A stretch of DNA of 64,000 bases from Candidatus Multivorans sp. (GCA_965224025.1 OZ245033.1:1952001-2016000), one strand, 5' to 3'. Positions 1 through 11,459 are shown, counted from the first letter of the stretch. The notes: generated by a model from the sequence alone, not told the origin. Made by a program: numbers and translations.

Positions 1-282
1 GGCGCCTACACGGGCCTTGTCAGCGGCATGCTGACCTTCATCCTGCTGCGCAGCGGCCTGCCCTGGATGATCGTCGACCCGAGCTCGCTCGGGCCGCTGT
101 CCGGAATTGCCGAGTGGCTGCACCACTACCGGGCCAACCCGTTCTCCTGCGCGGTCGTCGGCGAGGTCGTGTCCATCGCCGGTACTTGTGCGGTGTCCAA
201 GTTGACCCAGCCGCTGCCTGAAGACCACGTCGAACGGCTGTTCGCGGCGCCGTCGGAGCCGGCTGAGGCAGCGGGGGGTTAG
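1..282 (+). CDS. C-terminal end of a membrane protein, possibly a sodium:solute symporter (partial, runs off the window)
   Basis: Hydrophobic segments ending VSKLTQPLPEDHVERLF resemble SSS-family C-termini; no start codon in window. Confidence 0.45.
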   Translation, partial: GAYTGLVSGMLTFILLRSGLPWMIVDPSSLGPLSGIAEWLHHYRANPFSCAVVGEVVSIAGTCAVSKLTQPLPEDHVERLFAAPSEPAEAAGG

Positions 283-290
283 CCTGGTTC

Positions 291-916
291 GTGTCTGCCA
301 GAGAATCCAGAAACCGTTGATTCTACAAGGGCTTGTGGCGGATCTGCGAGTGCGAAGATGGCGTTGATGTCGTAGTCTACGGGCTTGAATCGCGGTCTTG
401 GGGCGGTTTTGGCTTGATCTTCGGAGGTCTTGGGATGCGGGAAGTCCATCGTCGGCAGTTCGAGTTGGGCCAGACGCCGATTGGCGAGATCTGGATCGAC
501 CCGAAGTGTCGGGACGACATTCCGGCGGTGTTGCGGGGCGTCTCGCCGCCACCGCTCTGGCAGTAGCGCAGCGTCGGGCGTGCAGCTTCGACCGCAACTT
601 CCACATCCCGGAGAACCGCATCCGGCTCGACGAGCTTCTCGATCTCAACGTGCTGCCGAAGAAGGGCTATCCGTCGGTCGTCGATCGGGAGCGTGAGAAC
701 GGCGAAGCGTTCGTCGCCGCCCGGCGTGCGCATCCGGCAGTCGAATCGGCGATCAACGCTCTGGAGCATCGCGGCCTCGACCGTGTCCGAAGCGGCGGCG
801 CCGACGGCTTCGAGCGCACTGTCGCCCTCTCGGTACTCGCAGCCAACCTGCATCGCCTCGGCCGAATGCTCCAGGCGCTCGAACGAAAGCGCCGGCGGCG
901 ACGACGCGCCGCCTGA
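291..916 (+). mobile_element. Internally deleted ISNCY-like transposase remnant
   Basis: N-terminus MREVHRRQFELGQTPIGEIWIDPKCRDDIP (from 435) lies next to the C-terminus HPAVESAINALEHRGLDR...LAANLHRLG in another frame; the central domain is missing. Confidence 0.65.
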
Positions 917-1079
917 CCGCCGCGGCAGCTTGCACTACGCGCGGCGCCGCCTTCCCGCTCATTTCAGGATTGGAAAGCACTTCCCGCCGGAGGCCTTCCG
1001 CGAAGGTGGCGGGCGGCGGTCCGAGACCGAAGCGAAGACAACCCGGCATGCCGGCCCAGCGGCCCGCGACCAGTAGCAC

Positions 1080-1406
1080 GCTTCGGATGGCTCAGGTAGA
1101 TGAGCTTCGTCCGTTCGCCGACGGCGGCCTCGAACGTCTTCCAGTCGAGCGACCAACTCGACTCGTCTTCGCCGGGCAGGAGCGACACGTCCCGCACCAC
1201 CGCGCCCGGCGCCCCGCGCCGCCAGCGCCACTTGCAGATAGGTGGGCACGATCGCCACCACCTCGTCGCCGGGCTCGATCAACACCTGCACGGTCACGTA
1301 GTTCGCCTCGGACGAGCGGCTCGATGCCGCTCTCGCTCAGATTGACGTCCACCCGGTGTTCCCAGAGCGACTGCTGCCGCTACAGTTCGAAGGTCTCCAT
1401 TTCCAC
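1080..1406 (-). pseudogene. Class I/II PLP aminotransferase remnant
   Basis: VEMETFEL*RQQSLWEHRVDVNLSESGIEPL (in-frame stop), then EPGDEVVAIVPTY and RTKLIYLSHP in different frames. Confidence 0.7.
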
Positions 1407-1451
1407 TTCAATGCCCTCTGTGGTTCCTCTTCCGCCGCTGGGCGCCGCAGT

Positions 1452-3104
1452 ATGCCCGCCTCCGTCAGGATAGGGGTCGTGCCTCGTGCTCGAATCCTGC
1501 TGCGGCTGCTCGGCGCGGTACACCTCGTCTCCTTCGTCTCACTCTGGGTGCAGGTCGACGGTCTGATCGGGTCGCGCGGCATCCTGCCGGCCGGGGAGTT
1601 CTTCGCCTACCTCGAGCGCGTGCTCGGACCCGGCACGCTCGAACGCCTGGCGAAGGCGCCGTCGTTGCTCTGGTTTTCTCCCAGCGACACGGCGCTGCAC
1701 GCCCTCTGTGCGGCCGGCGTCGTCCTCTCGCTGCTCGCGGTCGCCGGCATGGTGACCGTCCCCGTCTTCGGCGCTCTCTGGCTCTGCTACCTGTCGCTGG
1801 TCTGGGGCGGACAGACCTTTCTCGCCTTCCAGTGGGACACGCTGCTGCTCGAGGCAACGGTCTGCGGCATCGTGCTCGCGCCCCTGGGTTGGCCGTTCCG
1901 AAGTCCGCCAGGAGTGCCGCCGGGTTCCGAGCCGCGGCTGCGGTCGTTCACGGCCTCCGTCCGTTCTGCCTTCCAGGTCGCTCCGGAAACGGCGGCAAGC
2001 CGGCCCGGCCTGTGGCTCTTCCGCCTCCTGGTGGTCAAGCTGATGTTCCTCTCCGGCGCGGTCAAGCTGCTCAGCCTCGATTCGACGTGGTGGCAACTGA
2101 CCGCACTCGATGTCCACTACTTCACCCAGCCGTTGCCGGTCACGGCGAGCTGGTACGCGCACCACCTCCCGGACTGGTTCCAGCGCCTGTCGGTGCTGAT
2201 CATGTTCGCGGTGGAGCTGGCGGCGCCGTGGTTTGTGTTCTCTCGGCGACTGCGTCGCACCGGCATGGGATTGCTGCTGGCGCTTCAACTCCTGATTGCC
2301 GCCACCGGCAACTACGGCTTCTTCAACCTGCTGAGCGTGGTGCTCTGCCTGTCGTGGCTCGACGGCGGCGGGTTCGGTTGGATGGCCGGTCGCGGCTGGC
2401 AGGTGGACAGCCCCGCTCAACCAGCTCCGATTCCCAGGGACGGCAGCCCCCTGCCGGCCGCCTCCCAACGGATCCGCTGGGCGGCAGCCGCCGCGATCCT
2501 CTGTCTGAGCCTCCTGGTCGCCACCCGCGAACTCACCCGCTCCCTGCCGCGCGGACCGGACACTCCCCCACGGGCGACCGCTGCCGCTGACCTGCTGGAC
2601 CGGTTGCTGGTCGATCCGGCAACGCCCCTGCTACGAGCCATCGCCCCCTTCCGCTCGATCAACGGTTACGGCCTGTTCCGCGCCATGACGACTTCGCGTC
2701 CGGAGATCGTGATCGAGACGAGTGCCGACGGCGTGAGGTGGACGGAGCTTGCCTTCCGCTTCAAACCCGGCGACGTGAAACGTCCACCGCGCGCCGCCCA
2801 ACCGCACATGCCCCGACTCGACTGGCAGATGTGGTTCGCGGCGCTCGATCCGCAGCGGGCCGACTGGTTGGGCCCCTTCGTGACGCGGCTGTTCGAGGGC
2901 GAACCTGCGGTGTTGCGGCTGCTCGGCGCCGACAGCCGGCAGGCCGAACGGCCCAACTACGTGCGCCTGCGGCTCTACGACTACTCGTTCAGCGAACCTG
3001 GTGCGGGCGAACCCTGGTGGCGAAGGGAACTGCTCTACGATCTCTCGCCCGTGCTCGAACGAACTGCCTTCGTGGCAGTGCCGGTCCAGAAAGCCGGCTT
3101 GTGA
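1452..3104 (+). CDS. Lipase maturation factor (LMF1) family membrane protein
   Basis: Motifs FQWDTLLLE, HYFTQPLP, TGNYGFFN, YGLFRAMT, PHMPRLDWQMWFAA. Confidence 0.9.
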   Translation: MPASVRIGVVPRARILLRLLGAVHLVSFVSLWVQVDGLIGSRGILPAGEFFAYLERVLGPGTLERLAKAPSLLWFSPSDTALHALCAAGVVLSLLAVAGMVTVPVFGALWLCYLSLVWGGQTFLAFQWDTLLLEATVCGIVLAPLGWPFRSPPGVPPGSEPRLRSFTASVRSAFQVAPETAASRPGLWLFRLLVVKLMFLSGAVKLLSLDSTWWQLTALDVHYFTQPLPVTASWYAHHLPDWFQRLSVLIMFAVELAAPWFVFSRRLRRTGMGLLLALQLLIAATGNYGFFNLLSVVLCLSWLDGGGFGWMAGRGWQVDSPAQPAPIPRDGSPLPAASQRIRWAAAAAILCLSLLVATRELTRSLPRGPDTPPRATAAADLLDRLLVDPATPLLRAIAPFRSINGYGLFRAMTTSRPEIVIETSADGVRWTELAFRFKPGDVKRPPRAAQPHMPRLDWQMWFAALDPQRADWLGPFVTRLFEGEPAVLRLLGADSRQAERPNYVRLRLYDYSFSEPGAGEPWWRRELLYDLSPVLERTAFVAVPVQKAGL

Positions 3105-3167
3105 GGTCCGCCGGGGAACTCGCCGGCGGCGGCCCGTACAGCCGCGTGCGATCGGGCAAAACGCCTC

Positions 3168-4196
3168 CTACGGCAACGCATGAACCGACGGCATGACGTC
3201 CACGGCGGGGCTCCCGAAGCCGAAGTCCGTCGGCTCGTACTCGCCCACGATCCGCACGTCGCTCTGCTCCGGGATCCGGTCCTCCATCCCGAGTCCCCAG
3301 TACACGGCGTTCACCACCAGCCGCCGGAGCCCCTCGCTTTCGAAGTCCGTAGAGGCGCCCATCGTGGTCGTGAACACGCGCGCGGACTTGCCGCCGCTGC
3401 CCGTGTACGAGCGGGTCCAGGCCAAGGGTTCCATGGGCTCGTTCTTCGGTCCCTCGACGGGCGGATCGTCCGGAGACATACCGGCCAGCACCGCGCCCAA
3501 CAGCAGCACGTCGGCGTCGTCACCGAGGTTCTTGACGCCGTAGACGTCCGTCGGACCCCAGACATCGGTCACGCCGCGCAGGATCGGATGGCCGGCGGCG
3601 CCGGGCGCCATGACGCCGCGGGTGCTCTCCCGGCCGTGGTGACCGTGGTGGTTGATCCACGTTTCACCGAGCACCTGTTGCCCGAATCCGCCCGGCCAGG
3701 TCTCGCTGCGAAAGCTCCAGTGCGAGTACGGGCTGTCCGGGTTGCGCTGATAGGAGAAGGCGTGCGTGGCGGTCCGCAGGCCCACGATCGGCCTCCCCGA
3801 TTCGACGTAGTCGACGATGTGCTTCATCTGCTCGTCGGGAAGCTCCCGGAACCGCGTCGCGATGACCATCAGGTCAGCGTCGTCGAGCGCTTCGAGACCC
3901 GGGATGTTCGTCTGCTCTTCCGGATCGATCGCCCCGGTCTCGGCGTCGATCGAGAACAGCACGACGCACTCGAAGCCGTGCCGCACGGAGAGCACCTTGC
4001 CCAGCATCGGCATCGCCTCTTCCGAGCGGTACTCCTCGTCGCCGGCGATCAGGACGACCTTGCGGCCGGCGCCGGGGCCGTCGCCGCCGGAGTAGATCAC
4101 CCACTGCTGTTCGCTGCTGAATGCCGGCCCGTGCAGGAAGGGCAAGAGCACCGCACACAACGCCGGCCCGGCCGGAAGAAGACGATCCATTCTCAT
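3168..4196 (-). CDS. Secreted ThuA-like (class I glutamine amidotransferase-fold) domain protein
   Basis: Signal-like N-terminus; GDEEYRSEE, GLRTATHAF, FTTTMGAS motifs. Confidence 0.8.
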   Translation of the reverse strand: MRMDRLLPAGPALCAVLLPFLHGPAFSSEQQWVIYSGGDGPGAGRKVVLIAGDEEYRSEEAMPMLGKVLSVRHGFECVVLFSIDAETGAIDPEEQTNIPGLEALDDADLMVIATRFRELPDEQMKHIVDYVESGRPIVGLRTATHAFSYQRNPDSPYSHWSFRSETWPGGFGQQVLGETWINHHGHHGRESTRGVMAPGAAGHPILRGVTDVWGPTDVYGVKNLGDDADVLLLGAVLAGMSPDDPPVEGPKNEPMEPLAWTRSYTGSGGKSARVFTTTMGASTDFESEGLRRLVVNAVYWGLGMEDRIPEQSDVRIVGEYEPTDFGFGSPAVDVMPSVHALP

Positions 4197-4466
4197 TTCT
4201 GAAGCCTCCAGGATCAGCCTGAGAGCTTGCGCCGCAGGACGCAGCGTAGCAAGTCTGCGGCGAAAGCTCCCAGGCGAGGACGGGATGGGCCGAAACACCG
4301 AGCCTGCGAGGGGTTTCGGGGCGGTAGCACCTAGCCCTAGCACGTGACGCTCCGGACAGCACGGGCGGACGCCTGCATCCAGCAGCCGAGTTGGCGCTAC
4401 TTCCCGCATCACGTACACTCAACGGCCACTTTCGACGGCTTGCACCGTACGTTCCAGGAAGCCCAA

Positions 4467-4703
4467 ATGAAGAGACAACTCCCTCACCTTGCCTTCTTCC
4501 TCGGCGTGCTCCTGCTCGCAACCGGTAGCGCGGAGGCACAAGAATTGAAGACGGAATTCCTCGGCTCGCAGCCGGGCTTCTCACACATCGCCAAGACGAC
4601 CGCGGGCAGCGTCACCACGATCCTCATCTCGGGCCAGGTCGGCTGGGCCGACGACGGCGCGCCCGCGGACACTCTCGCGGAGCAGGTCGAGAAAGCGAAA
4701 TGA
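4467..4703 (+). pseudogene. Truncated RidA/YjgF-family protein with signal peptide
   Basis: PGFSH...TILISGQVGW...LAEQ, then stops before the C-terminal half. Confidence 0.6.
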
Positions 4704-6180
4704 GCCGTCGTGCCGAGTCCACTCCCGCCTCCCGCCGGCCAGTTCCCGGCCCCGGAGCAGGAGTACAGGCGTACCCGCAAGCGGCGTGCCGCCCCGCGCC
4801 GTCGGTGACGGTTTGACGCCTGCCTGCTCTGACTACAACCCCGGGTAGACCAACGCCGTTCGCGGTCACTGCGCCGGCCACCGAGCCCGACGCGTCGCCT
4901 AACTCGAGCCTAACCTCCACGGTTTCTCCGGCGACGACCTGCACGGAAGTTCTCGCATCCTCCAGCGCTCCGGCGCCGCTGGCAACCACGTCGTATCGCC
5001 CCGCCTCAAGGCCAGCCACGCGGAACGTGCCATCACCGGCCGTCGGGCCCCCGATCCATCTGTCGTGCGCCGCCCGTGAACTCTGCTCAAGGTGCACCCA
5101 AGTACGAACGGGCGTCCCCGCGTGGGTCACTCGCCCTCGAACAACTGCCTCGGGCTGCAGAACGACCCGCAGAGGGGCGGCGCCGGTCGGCGCAACGGCC
5201 AAGAGTCGCTCGGTCGCCAGCCCCGAGGCGGAAACCTCAAGATCGACCAGGGAGTACTCGTTCAATCCGGTGACGAGGAACTGGCCGAGCGGATCGCTTC
5301 GCAGTTCCGCGGCGACTTGGCTCCCCCGGAACAGTTCGGTCCGTGGGACCCGTCCGTGCCCCCATCGACAACCCCGGCCGCCAGAATCCGGGCGCCTGGG
5401 ACCGGAACGAGATCCTGGTCAGGTAGCCGGGGCGTTCCGTGGACACCAGCAGGGAACTCAGCGGGTCCGCCGGCAACGGGCCGAAGACTGGGCGCGTCGG
5501 GCGAGTGATGCGCCCACCCACGAACTCGAACCACAAACGGCCGGAGAGAAGGGCCGCGTCGACTTTGAACCTCCCGGCCGCGTCGGTCACGGCCAATGGC
5601 ACGCCCGCCCTGTCTCGAACCAGCGAACCTGAGAGCAACTGGCCAGCCCCGTCGCGCAGTTCCACCTCGGCTGCGGAAGCCCCCTCCAAGCGAACAGCCG
5701 ACGTCGAGCCGGGACGGCACGTCGAGGTCCGGCTGCGATAGCCGGGGGCGGCAACCAGCAGTTCCGACGGCTCTCCACTGGGTACGACGATCGAGGCGAC
5801 CCCGCGTTCGTCGGTGCGCGTCGGCGGCCGCCACATGCGCCACGCGGGAATCACAGAAGGCCGTCGACCCTCATCGTCCGGTTCGGCCGCGGCGTGTGCC
5901 ACCACTCGCGCCGCCGCTACCGGGTTACCATCGCCTCCCGCCACCGCGACCCGGCACGCCGATGCTTCGACCGGCGACGGCGCCGACAGGTGGCCTGGGG
6001 CCACTTCCTGCCGCCAGAGGAGAGCCATCGGCAGTCGCCCGCCGCCTTCGACCACGACCCACCACGAAGCTCCCTCCGGCGCCGTGCCCCGCACAACGCC
6101 CGTCCCGTCCGCCGAAGACACGACAACGACCGGACGGAGCGCTTCAGGCGGCGACTCGGCGAGCCAGTCTCCCGCTCCCT
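4700..6180 (-). pseudogene. Carboxypeptidase-regulatory-like repeat protein, frameshifted
   Basis: Repeated TDERG/TDAAGRF/TAGDGTF...GRYDVVAS beta-sandwich motifs split across ORFs 5237-6235 and 4624-5265. Confidence 0.55.
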
Positions 6181-6201
6181 GTCCCGCGCTCCGCGCGGGC
6201 A

Positions 6202-6276
6202 TGGAGCGGGAGACGGGATTCGAACCCGCGACCAACAGCTTGGAAGGCTGTGACTCTACCCCTGAGTTACTCCCGC
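6202..6276 (-). tRNA. tRNA-Gly(TCC)
   Basis: GCGGGAGTAACTCAG...CTTCCAAG...GGTTCGAATCC...CCA cloverleaf. Confidence 0.97.
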
Positions 6277-6297
6277 GCGCCCGCGAAGGGGAAGAAG

Positions 6298-6384
6298 TGG
6301 TGGAGGCGGATGGATTCGAACCATCGTAGGGCGTTGCCCGACAGATTTACAGTCTGTTGCCTTTGACCGCTCGGCCACACCTCC
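6298..6384 (-). tRNA. tRNA-Tyr(GTA)
   Basis: GGAGGTGTGGCCGAGCGG...CTGTAAA..., long variable arm, GGTTCGAATCC...ACCA. Confidence 0.97.
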
Positions 6385-6398
6385 GGCAACTTCCTCCG

Positions 6399-6474
6399 TG
6401 GAGCCGGCACCCGGATTCGAACCGAGGACCTACTGCTTACAAGGCAGTTGCTCTACCAACTGAGCTATGCCGGC
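6399..6474 (-). tRNA. tRNA-Thr(TGT)
   Basis: GCCGGCATAGCTCAGTTGG...CTTGTAA...GGTTCGAATCC...CCA. Confidence 0.97.
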
Positions 6475-6515
6475 CCTCGCAACGAGGCTTCTGAGTGCCA
6501 CGGCGACGCCGGAGT

Positions 6516-7307
6516 CTACGCCAAGCTCTCCGGCCTGACAAGACGCTGGCGCACCGCTTCGTAGAGCAGCGCCGCGGCCGCCGTGGAGAGGTTGAGGGAC
6601 TCGACGCGGCCCCGCATCGGCAGGCCGAGAAGGCCGTCGCAGAGACTCTTCGTCCGATGGCGTAAGCCGCGCGCCTCGCCGCCGATGCAAAGCACGATCG
6701 GGCCGCTCAGGTCGACCGTCCACGGCGCTTCACCTGTGGCGTCGGCGCCGTAGACCCAGAAACCGTCCCGCTTGAGGCGTTCGATCTCCTGGCCGCTGTT
6801 CACAATCCGCTCGACTTCGAGCCAGTCGACCGCACCCGCGGCGGTTCCGCCGACCGCGGCGGAGAGCGGCGCCGCGCCGCGGTCGCGGATCAGAACACGG
6901 CCAACCCCGGCCCCCTCGCACACTCGCAGCAGGGCACCCAGGTTCCGTGGATCCTGCACGTCCTCGACCAGCACCAGGAGTTCCGTGTCGGCAGCAGCAA
7001 TCGGCGATCCGCCGCGCCTTCGCGGCACAAGGACCGCCGCGAAACCGCGCGCCGCCCGGTGATCAAGTCCCGCCGCTTCGAGCCGCGCCCGCAGTTCAGC
7101 GGCGGCCACGCTCTGAACCGGCACGCGATGTCTCGTGCACAGGCCCTCGATCGTCCGCCGGCGCTCCCCTGCCGCCCTCGAGATGACGATTTCGGCGACC
7201 TGGTGTGGCTGGCTGCGGAGGATCTCACGGACCGGCTGGAAGCCCAGCCGCCATTCCGGGTCAGGGGCTCGCTCCGGCGTACCACGGCGATCTCCCTGTC
7301 TGCTCAC
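6516..7307 (-). CDS. rlmB: 23S rRNA Gm2251 methyltransferase (SpoU/TrmH family)
   Basis: QDPRNLGA, GGEARGL, ESLNLS SPOUT motifs; typical position upstream of the Thr-Tyr-Gly tRNAs. Confidence 0.88.
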   Translation of the reverse strand: MSRQGDRRGTPERAPDPEWRLGFQPVREILRSQPHQVAEIVISRAAGERRRTIEGLCTRHRVPVQSVAAAELRARLEAAGLDHRAARGFAAVLVPRRRGGSPIAAADTELLVLVEDVQDPRNLGALLRVCEGAGVGRVLIRDRGAAPLSAAVGGTAAGAVDWLEVERIVNSGQEIERLKRDGFWVYGADATGEAPWTVDLSGPIVLCIGGEARGLRHRTKSLCDGLLGLPMRGRVESLNLSTAAAALLYEAVRQRLVRPESLA

Positions 7308-8497
7308 GAGCGCCGCCGCTCGATCAGTACGACTGCCTCGGCCGCCATGCCCTCACCTCGACCGAGGGGGCCCAGCCCTTCATGGGTCGTGGCCTTGAAG
7401 TTCATGCGCCCGGGGTCGAGTCCGAGCAGGCGCCCCACATGGTCCTCGATCGCCTCGCGGTAGGGCGCCATGGACGGCCGCTCGGCAATCAGCGTCACAT
7501 CGCAGTTCCGTACCTCGAACCCCTGCTCCCGGACCAGGTCGACGATCCGCCGGAGCAGATCCGAGCTGTCGGCTCCGCGCCAGGTCTCGCTCGACGGCGG
7601 AAAGTGAACTCCCAGGTCACCGAGCCCCGCGGCGCCGAGCAGGGCGTCGCCGATGGCGTGGAGCACCACGTCGGCATCGCTGTGACCGTCCAGACCGACC
7701 TCGTGCGGAATCCGCTGGCCGGCGAGGATCAAGGGCCGCCCAGCGACCAGCCGGTGCACGTCGTAGCCCTGGCCGACCGCGGTCTCGACGACCCCTCGCG
7801 CCCCGTGCCGCGGTCGCAGCAGCGCCTCGATCATGGCGCGATCCGACGGATCGGTGAGTTTCGGGTTCGGGTGGGACGCCGCAACGGCGGCGATCGAACC
7901 CGGCTCGAACAGGCTGCTCTCGTCGTTCACCTCCAGATCCCGCGCGGCCGCCCGATCAAGCGCCGCCGCCAGTTTCCCAGCCCGGAAGACCTGGGGCGTC
8001 TCGGCCCGAAACAGACCCGCCCGATCGACCGTGGCGCCGAGCCGGCCCGACTCGACCGTCTTCAGGGTGTCGCTCACGGGGCGTCCGAGGACCGCGCCGG
8101 CCCTGCCATTCTCGGCCGCCGCCCGGACGACGGCTTCGAGGTCCACCGCGCTCAGACAGGGACGGGCGCCGTCGTGAACCGCAACCCAGTCGGAGGGATC
8201 CGCGGCGGTCGCGGCGAGCGCGGCCGCTACGGAATCCTGGCGGCGCCGGCCACCCTCCACCGTGGCGACCGCAACTCCCGGCCGCGGCCCAACTTCCTCC
8301 GCCAGCATCTCCAGCGTCTCCTTGGCGCTCCCCGCGGGCGCCGCGACGACCACCCGGTCGATGACCGTGACGGCGACAAGCCGCTCGACCGTCCAGGCCA
8401 GTACCGGGCGGTCCAGGAGCAGGGAGAACTGCTTCGGCCGATCGCCACCGAACCGCCTGCCCCTTCCGGCGGCCGGGACAATTGCGTGAACGGTCAA
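7304..8497 (-). CDS. ispDF: Bifunctional IspD/IspF
   Basis: PAAGRGRRF...PKQF and HDGARP (IspD) fused to GYDVH, HSDADV and KATT (IspF). Confidence 0.93.
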   Translation of the reverse strand: MTVHAIVPAAGRGRRFGGDRPKQFSLLLDRPVLAWTVERLVAVTVIDRVVVAAPAGSAKETLEMLAEEVGPRPGVAVATVEGGRRRQDSVAAALAATAADPSDWVAVHDGARPCLSAVDLEAVVRAAAENGRAGAVLGRPVSDTLKTVESGRLGATVDRAGLFRAETPQVFRAGKLAAALDRAAARDLEVNDESSLFEPGSIAAVAASHPNPKLTDPSDRAMIEALLRPRHGARGVVETAVGQGYDVHRLVAGRPLILAGQRIPHEVGLDGHSDADVVLHAIGDALLGAAGLGDLGVHFPPSSETWRGADSSDLLRRIVDLVREQGFEVRNCDVTLIAERPSMAPYREAIEDHVGRLLGLDPGRMNFKATTHEGLGPLGRGEGMAAEAVVLIERRRS

Positions 8498-8519
8498 AGC
8501 AGGGCTCGAGGACGGGCTG

Positions 8520-9074
8520 CTAGACCTCGAGGATGTCCTTCTCCTTGTTCGCCAGCGCCTGGTTCACCAGGCCGATGTAGTGGTCGTGCAGCCTCTGCAT
8601 CTCGTCGAACCCCCGGCGTTCCTCGTCCTGCGAAATCTCCTTGCCCTTCTCCATCTGCTTCAGGCGATCGTTGCCTTCGCGACGCACGCCGCGCACGGTA
8701 TTGCGGAAGCGCTCCGTGATCTCGTGGCCGCGCTTCACCATCTCCTTGCGACGCTCCTCGGTGAGGGGAGGCACCGGGATACGGACGATCCTGCCGTCGT
8801 TGGAGGGATTCAGCCCCAGATCGGCAACCAGGATCGCGCGCTCGATCGCGGCGATCTGGGTCGGATCGAACGGCTGCGCCACCAGCAGCGTGGCGTCGGC
8901 GACCGACAGGCTCGCGAGCTGATTGAGTGGCGTCGGCGTGCCGTAGTACTCCACGGCGACCCCATCGAGCAGCGCCGTCGAGGCCCTACCGGTCCGTAGC
9001 GTCTTCAGCTCCTGGTGAAGGTGGTCGACGCCATCCCTCATCTTGAGCTCCATCTCCAAGAACAGTTCTTGCAT
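8520..9074 (-). CDS. frr: Ribosome recycling factor
   Basis: RTGRA, PPLTEERR motifs; follows pyrH. Confidence 0.97.
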   Translation of the reverse strand: MQELFLEMELKMRDGVDHLHQELKTLRTGRASTALLDGVAVEYYGTPTPLNQLASLSVADATLLVAQPFDPTQIAAIERAILVADLGLNPSNDGRIVRIPVPPLTEERRKEMVKRGHEITERFRNTVRGVRREGNDRLKQMEKGKEISQDEERRGFDEMQRLHDHYIGLVNQALANKEKDILEV

Positions 9075-9139
9075 GTGACCCTCTGCCTCCGTCTACCGAC
9101 TCTAACGCCGCGCCGGGTTGCGGCTCGACGCAGAACGGT

Positions 9140-9868
9140 TCACGTGACCAGGGAACCGACCGTCTCGCCCAGAACCACCCGCCGGATGTTGCCCTCGACA
9201 CCGAGGTCGAACACCGCGATCGGCAGGTCGTTCTCCCGGCACAAACTGATCGCGGCAGCGTCCATGATGCCCAGGTTGCGCTCCAGGACCTCCTGATAGG
9301 TCACTTCGGGCAGGCGTTTCGCCCCGGGGTCGCGGCGCGGGTCGGCACTGTAGACGCCGTCGACCTGGGTTGCCTTGAGCAGGATCTCGGCCTGGACTTC
9401 GTTCGCACGGAGCGCGGCGGCAGTGTCCGTCGTCAGGTAGGGGTTGCCGGTACCGGCGCCGAAGATCACGACCCGGCCCTTCTCCAGGTGCCGGATCGCC
9501 CGGCGGCGAATGAACGGCTCGGCCACGCTGCGCATCTCCAGGGCCGTCTGCACCCGGGTCGGAACACCGGTCTTCTCCAGCGCGTCCTGCATTGCCAGGC
9601 TGTTGATCACGGTCGCCAGCATGCCCATGTAGTCGCCCGTGGCCCGCTCGACGCCGCGGTGACTCGCCGCCAGGCCGCGAATCACGTTGCCGCCCCCGAC
9701 CACGATGCCGATCTCGACGCCGAGCTCGAAGACATCCCGAATCTGAGCGGCGATCTTGCCGACCACGACCTCGTCGATGCCGAACGGCTTGTCGCCCATC
9801 AGGGCTTCGCCCGACAGCTTGAGCAGGATGCGGCGGTAGGCCGGCTCGGCAGCGGCGGCTGCGGTCAT
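9140..9868 (-). CDS. pyrH: UMP kinase
   Basis: [23 protein letters not shown]. Confidence 0.97.
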   Translation of the reverse strand: MTAAAAAEPAYRRILLKLSGEALMGDKPFGIDEVVVGKIAAQIRDVFELGVEIGIVVGGGNVIRGLAASHRGVERATGDYMGMLATVINSLAMQDALEKTGVPTRVQTALEMRSVAEPFIRRRAIRHLEKGRVVIFGAGTGNPYLTTDTAAALRANEVQAEILLKATQVDGVYSADPRRDPGAKRLPEVTYQEVLERNLGIMDAAAISLCRENDLPIAVFDLGVEGNIRRVVLGETVGSLVT

Positions 9869-9875
9869 CCGGCCA

Positions 9876-10520
9876 TCAGGAGGGATCGGAAGCCGGAGAA
9901 ACCGCTGTCGCGACGGTCGAGTCGCCGCCGAGCTGGAACCTGGCGAAACGGCAGATACGCATGTTCTCCCCCAGCTTAGCGATCGCCCCCTTGAGCACGT
10001 CCTCGACCTTCCGGTCCGTGTCCTTGACGAATTGCTGCTCCAGGAGGCAGTTCTCGGCGAAGAACTTACGAATCCGGCCCTCAACGATGCGCTCGACGAT
10101 GTGATCAGGCTTGCCCGACTCGAGCGCCTGCTCGCGGTGAATCCTCTTCTCCCGTTCGAGAACGTCCGCGGTCACCTCGTCGCGACCGATGAAACGGGGC
10201 TGGCTGGCGGCCACGTGAAGCGAAAGATCGTGCGCCAACTGCCGGAAGTCGTCCGTGCGAGCGACAAAGTCCGTCTCGCAGTTGATCTCGAGCAACACGC
10301 CGATCTTGCCGCCGGCGTGGATGTAGGAGATCACGAGACCGTCGCTGGTGGCGCGGCCCGCCTTCTTCGCGGCGGAGGCCAACCCCTTCTTGCGCAGCGT
10401 GTCGAGCGCGGCTTCCACGTCACCGCCGGTCTCGACCAGGGCCTTCTTGCAGTCCATCATGCCCGCTCCGGTCCGCTCGCGGAGCTCCTTGACCATGGCG
10501 ACTGTCACTGCTTTGCTCAT
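9876..10520 (-). CDS. tsf: Elongation factor Ts (short form)
   Basis: [24 protein letters not shown]. Confidence 0.97.
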   Translation of the reverse strand: MSKAVTVAMVKELRERTGAGMMDCKKALVETGGDVEAALDTLRKKGLASAAKKAGRATSDGLVISYIHAGGKIGVLLEINCETDFVARTDDFRQLAHDLSLHVAASQPRFIGRDEVTADVLEREKRIHREQALESGKPDHIVERIVEGRIRKFFAENCLLEQQFVKDTDRKVEDVLKGAIAKLGENMRICRFARFQLGGDSTVATAVSPASDPS

Positions 10521-10628
10521 CTCTTCCTTCTCCCTACGGGGCTTGACCCGCCCCTGACTGGAACTTCACTGAATCTCGCTCGCCGGACGAAGAACCGTCG
10601 GCGCCTCACCACGAACCTGACGGCCGGC

Positions 10629-11459
10629 TTACGCGCTGCCGCTGGCCGCGGCAGGTTCCGCCACCTCGGCTGCCGGCTCGGCCTGCTCTTCCGAGTCCGG
10701 GGTTTCAGCCGGCGCCGGGGCTTCGCCATCAGGCTCGACGGCCGCCTCGGGTTCAGCTTCCGCCTCGCCGCCCTTTCTCCAAGCGGCAGCACCGTCGATG
10801 TACGAGTCGGCAATGCGGCCGGCAAACAACCTAATCGTCCGTATCGCGTCGTCGTTGCCAGGAATCACGTGATCCACGAGCTCCGGGTCGCAGTTCGTGT
10901 CGACGATGGCCACGACCGGGATGTTCAGCTTGTTCGCCTCGGCTATGGCAATGTGCTCGCGCCTCGGATCGACGACGAAGAGGGCGTCCGGAAGCCGCTC
11001 CATATCCCGGATTCCATCGAGGTTGCGGACCATCTTCTCCCGGTCACGATCCAGGCGTAGACGTTCCTTCTTGGTCAGCAGGCTTTCCTCGTCGGCGAGC
11101 TTCTTCTCCGTATCCTGAAGGCGCTCGACCGAGGCGCGGATGGTGACGAAGTTGGTCAGCGTACCGCCGAGCCAGCGATGCGTAACGTAGAACTGGCCGC
11201 AGCGCCGCGCCTCTTCCTCGATCGCCTGCTGCGCCTGACGCTTGGTGCCGACGAACAACAGCCGGCGGCCCATGCGAGCCATGTGTTCGACATAGTCCGC
11301 CGCCTCGCGGAAGCGCAGCAGGGTCTGCTGAAGGTCGATGATGTAGATGCCGTTACGGCGGCCGAAGATGTAACCGCGCATCTTCGGATTCCAGCGTCTG
11401 GTCTGATGGCCGAAGTGGACACCCGCCTCCAGCATCTCCTTCATCGTGACGTGAGCCAA
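10629..11459 (-). CDS. rpsB: 30S ribosomal protein S2
   Basis: [30 protein letters not shown]; TTG start inferred. Confidence 0.97.
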   Translation of the reverse strand: MAHVTMKEMLEAGVHFGHQTRRWNPKMRGYIFGRRNGIYIIDLQQTLLRFREAADYVEHMARMGRRLLFVGTKRQAQQAIEEEARRCGQFYVTHRWLGGTLTNFVTIRASVERLQDTEKKLADEESLLTKKERLRLDRDREKMVRNLDGIRDMERLPDALFVVDPRREHIAIAEANKLNIPVVAIVDTNCDPELVDHVIPGNDDAIRTIRLFAGRIADSYIDGAAAWRKGGEAEAEPEAAVEPDGEAPAPAETPDSEEQAEPAAEVAEPAAASGSA

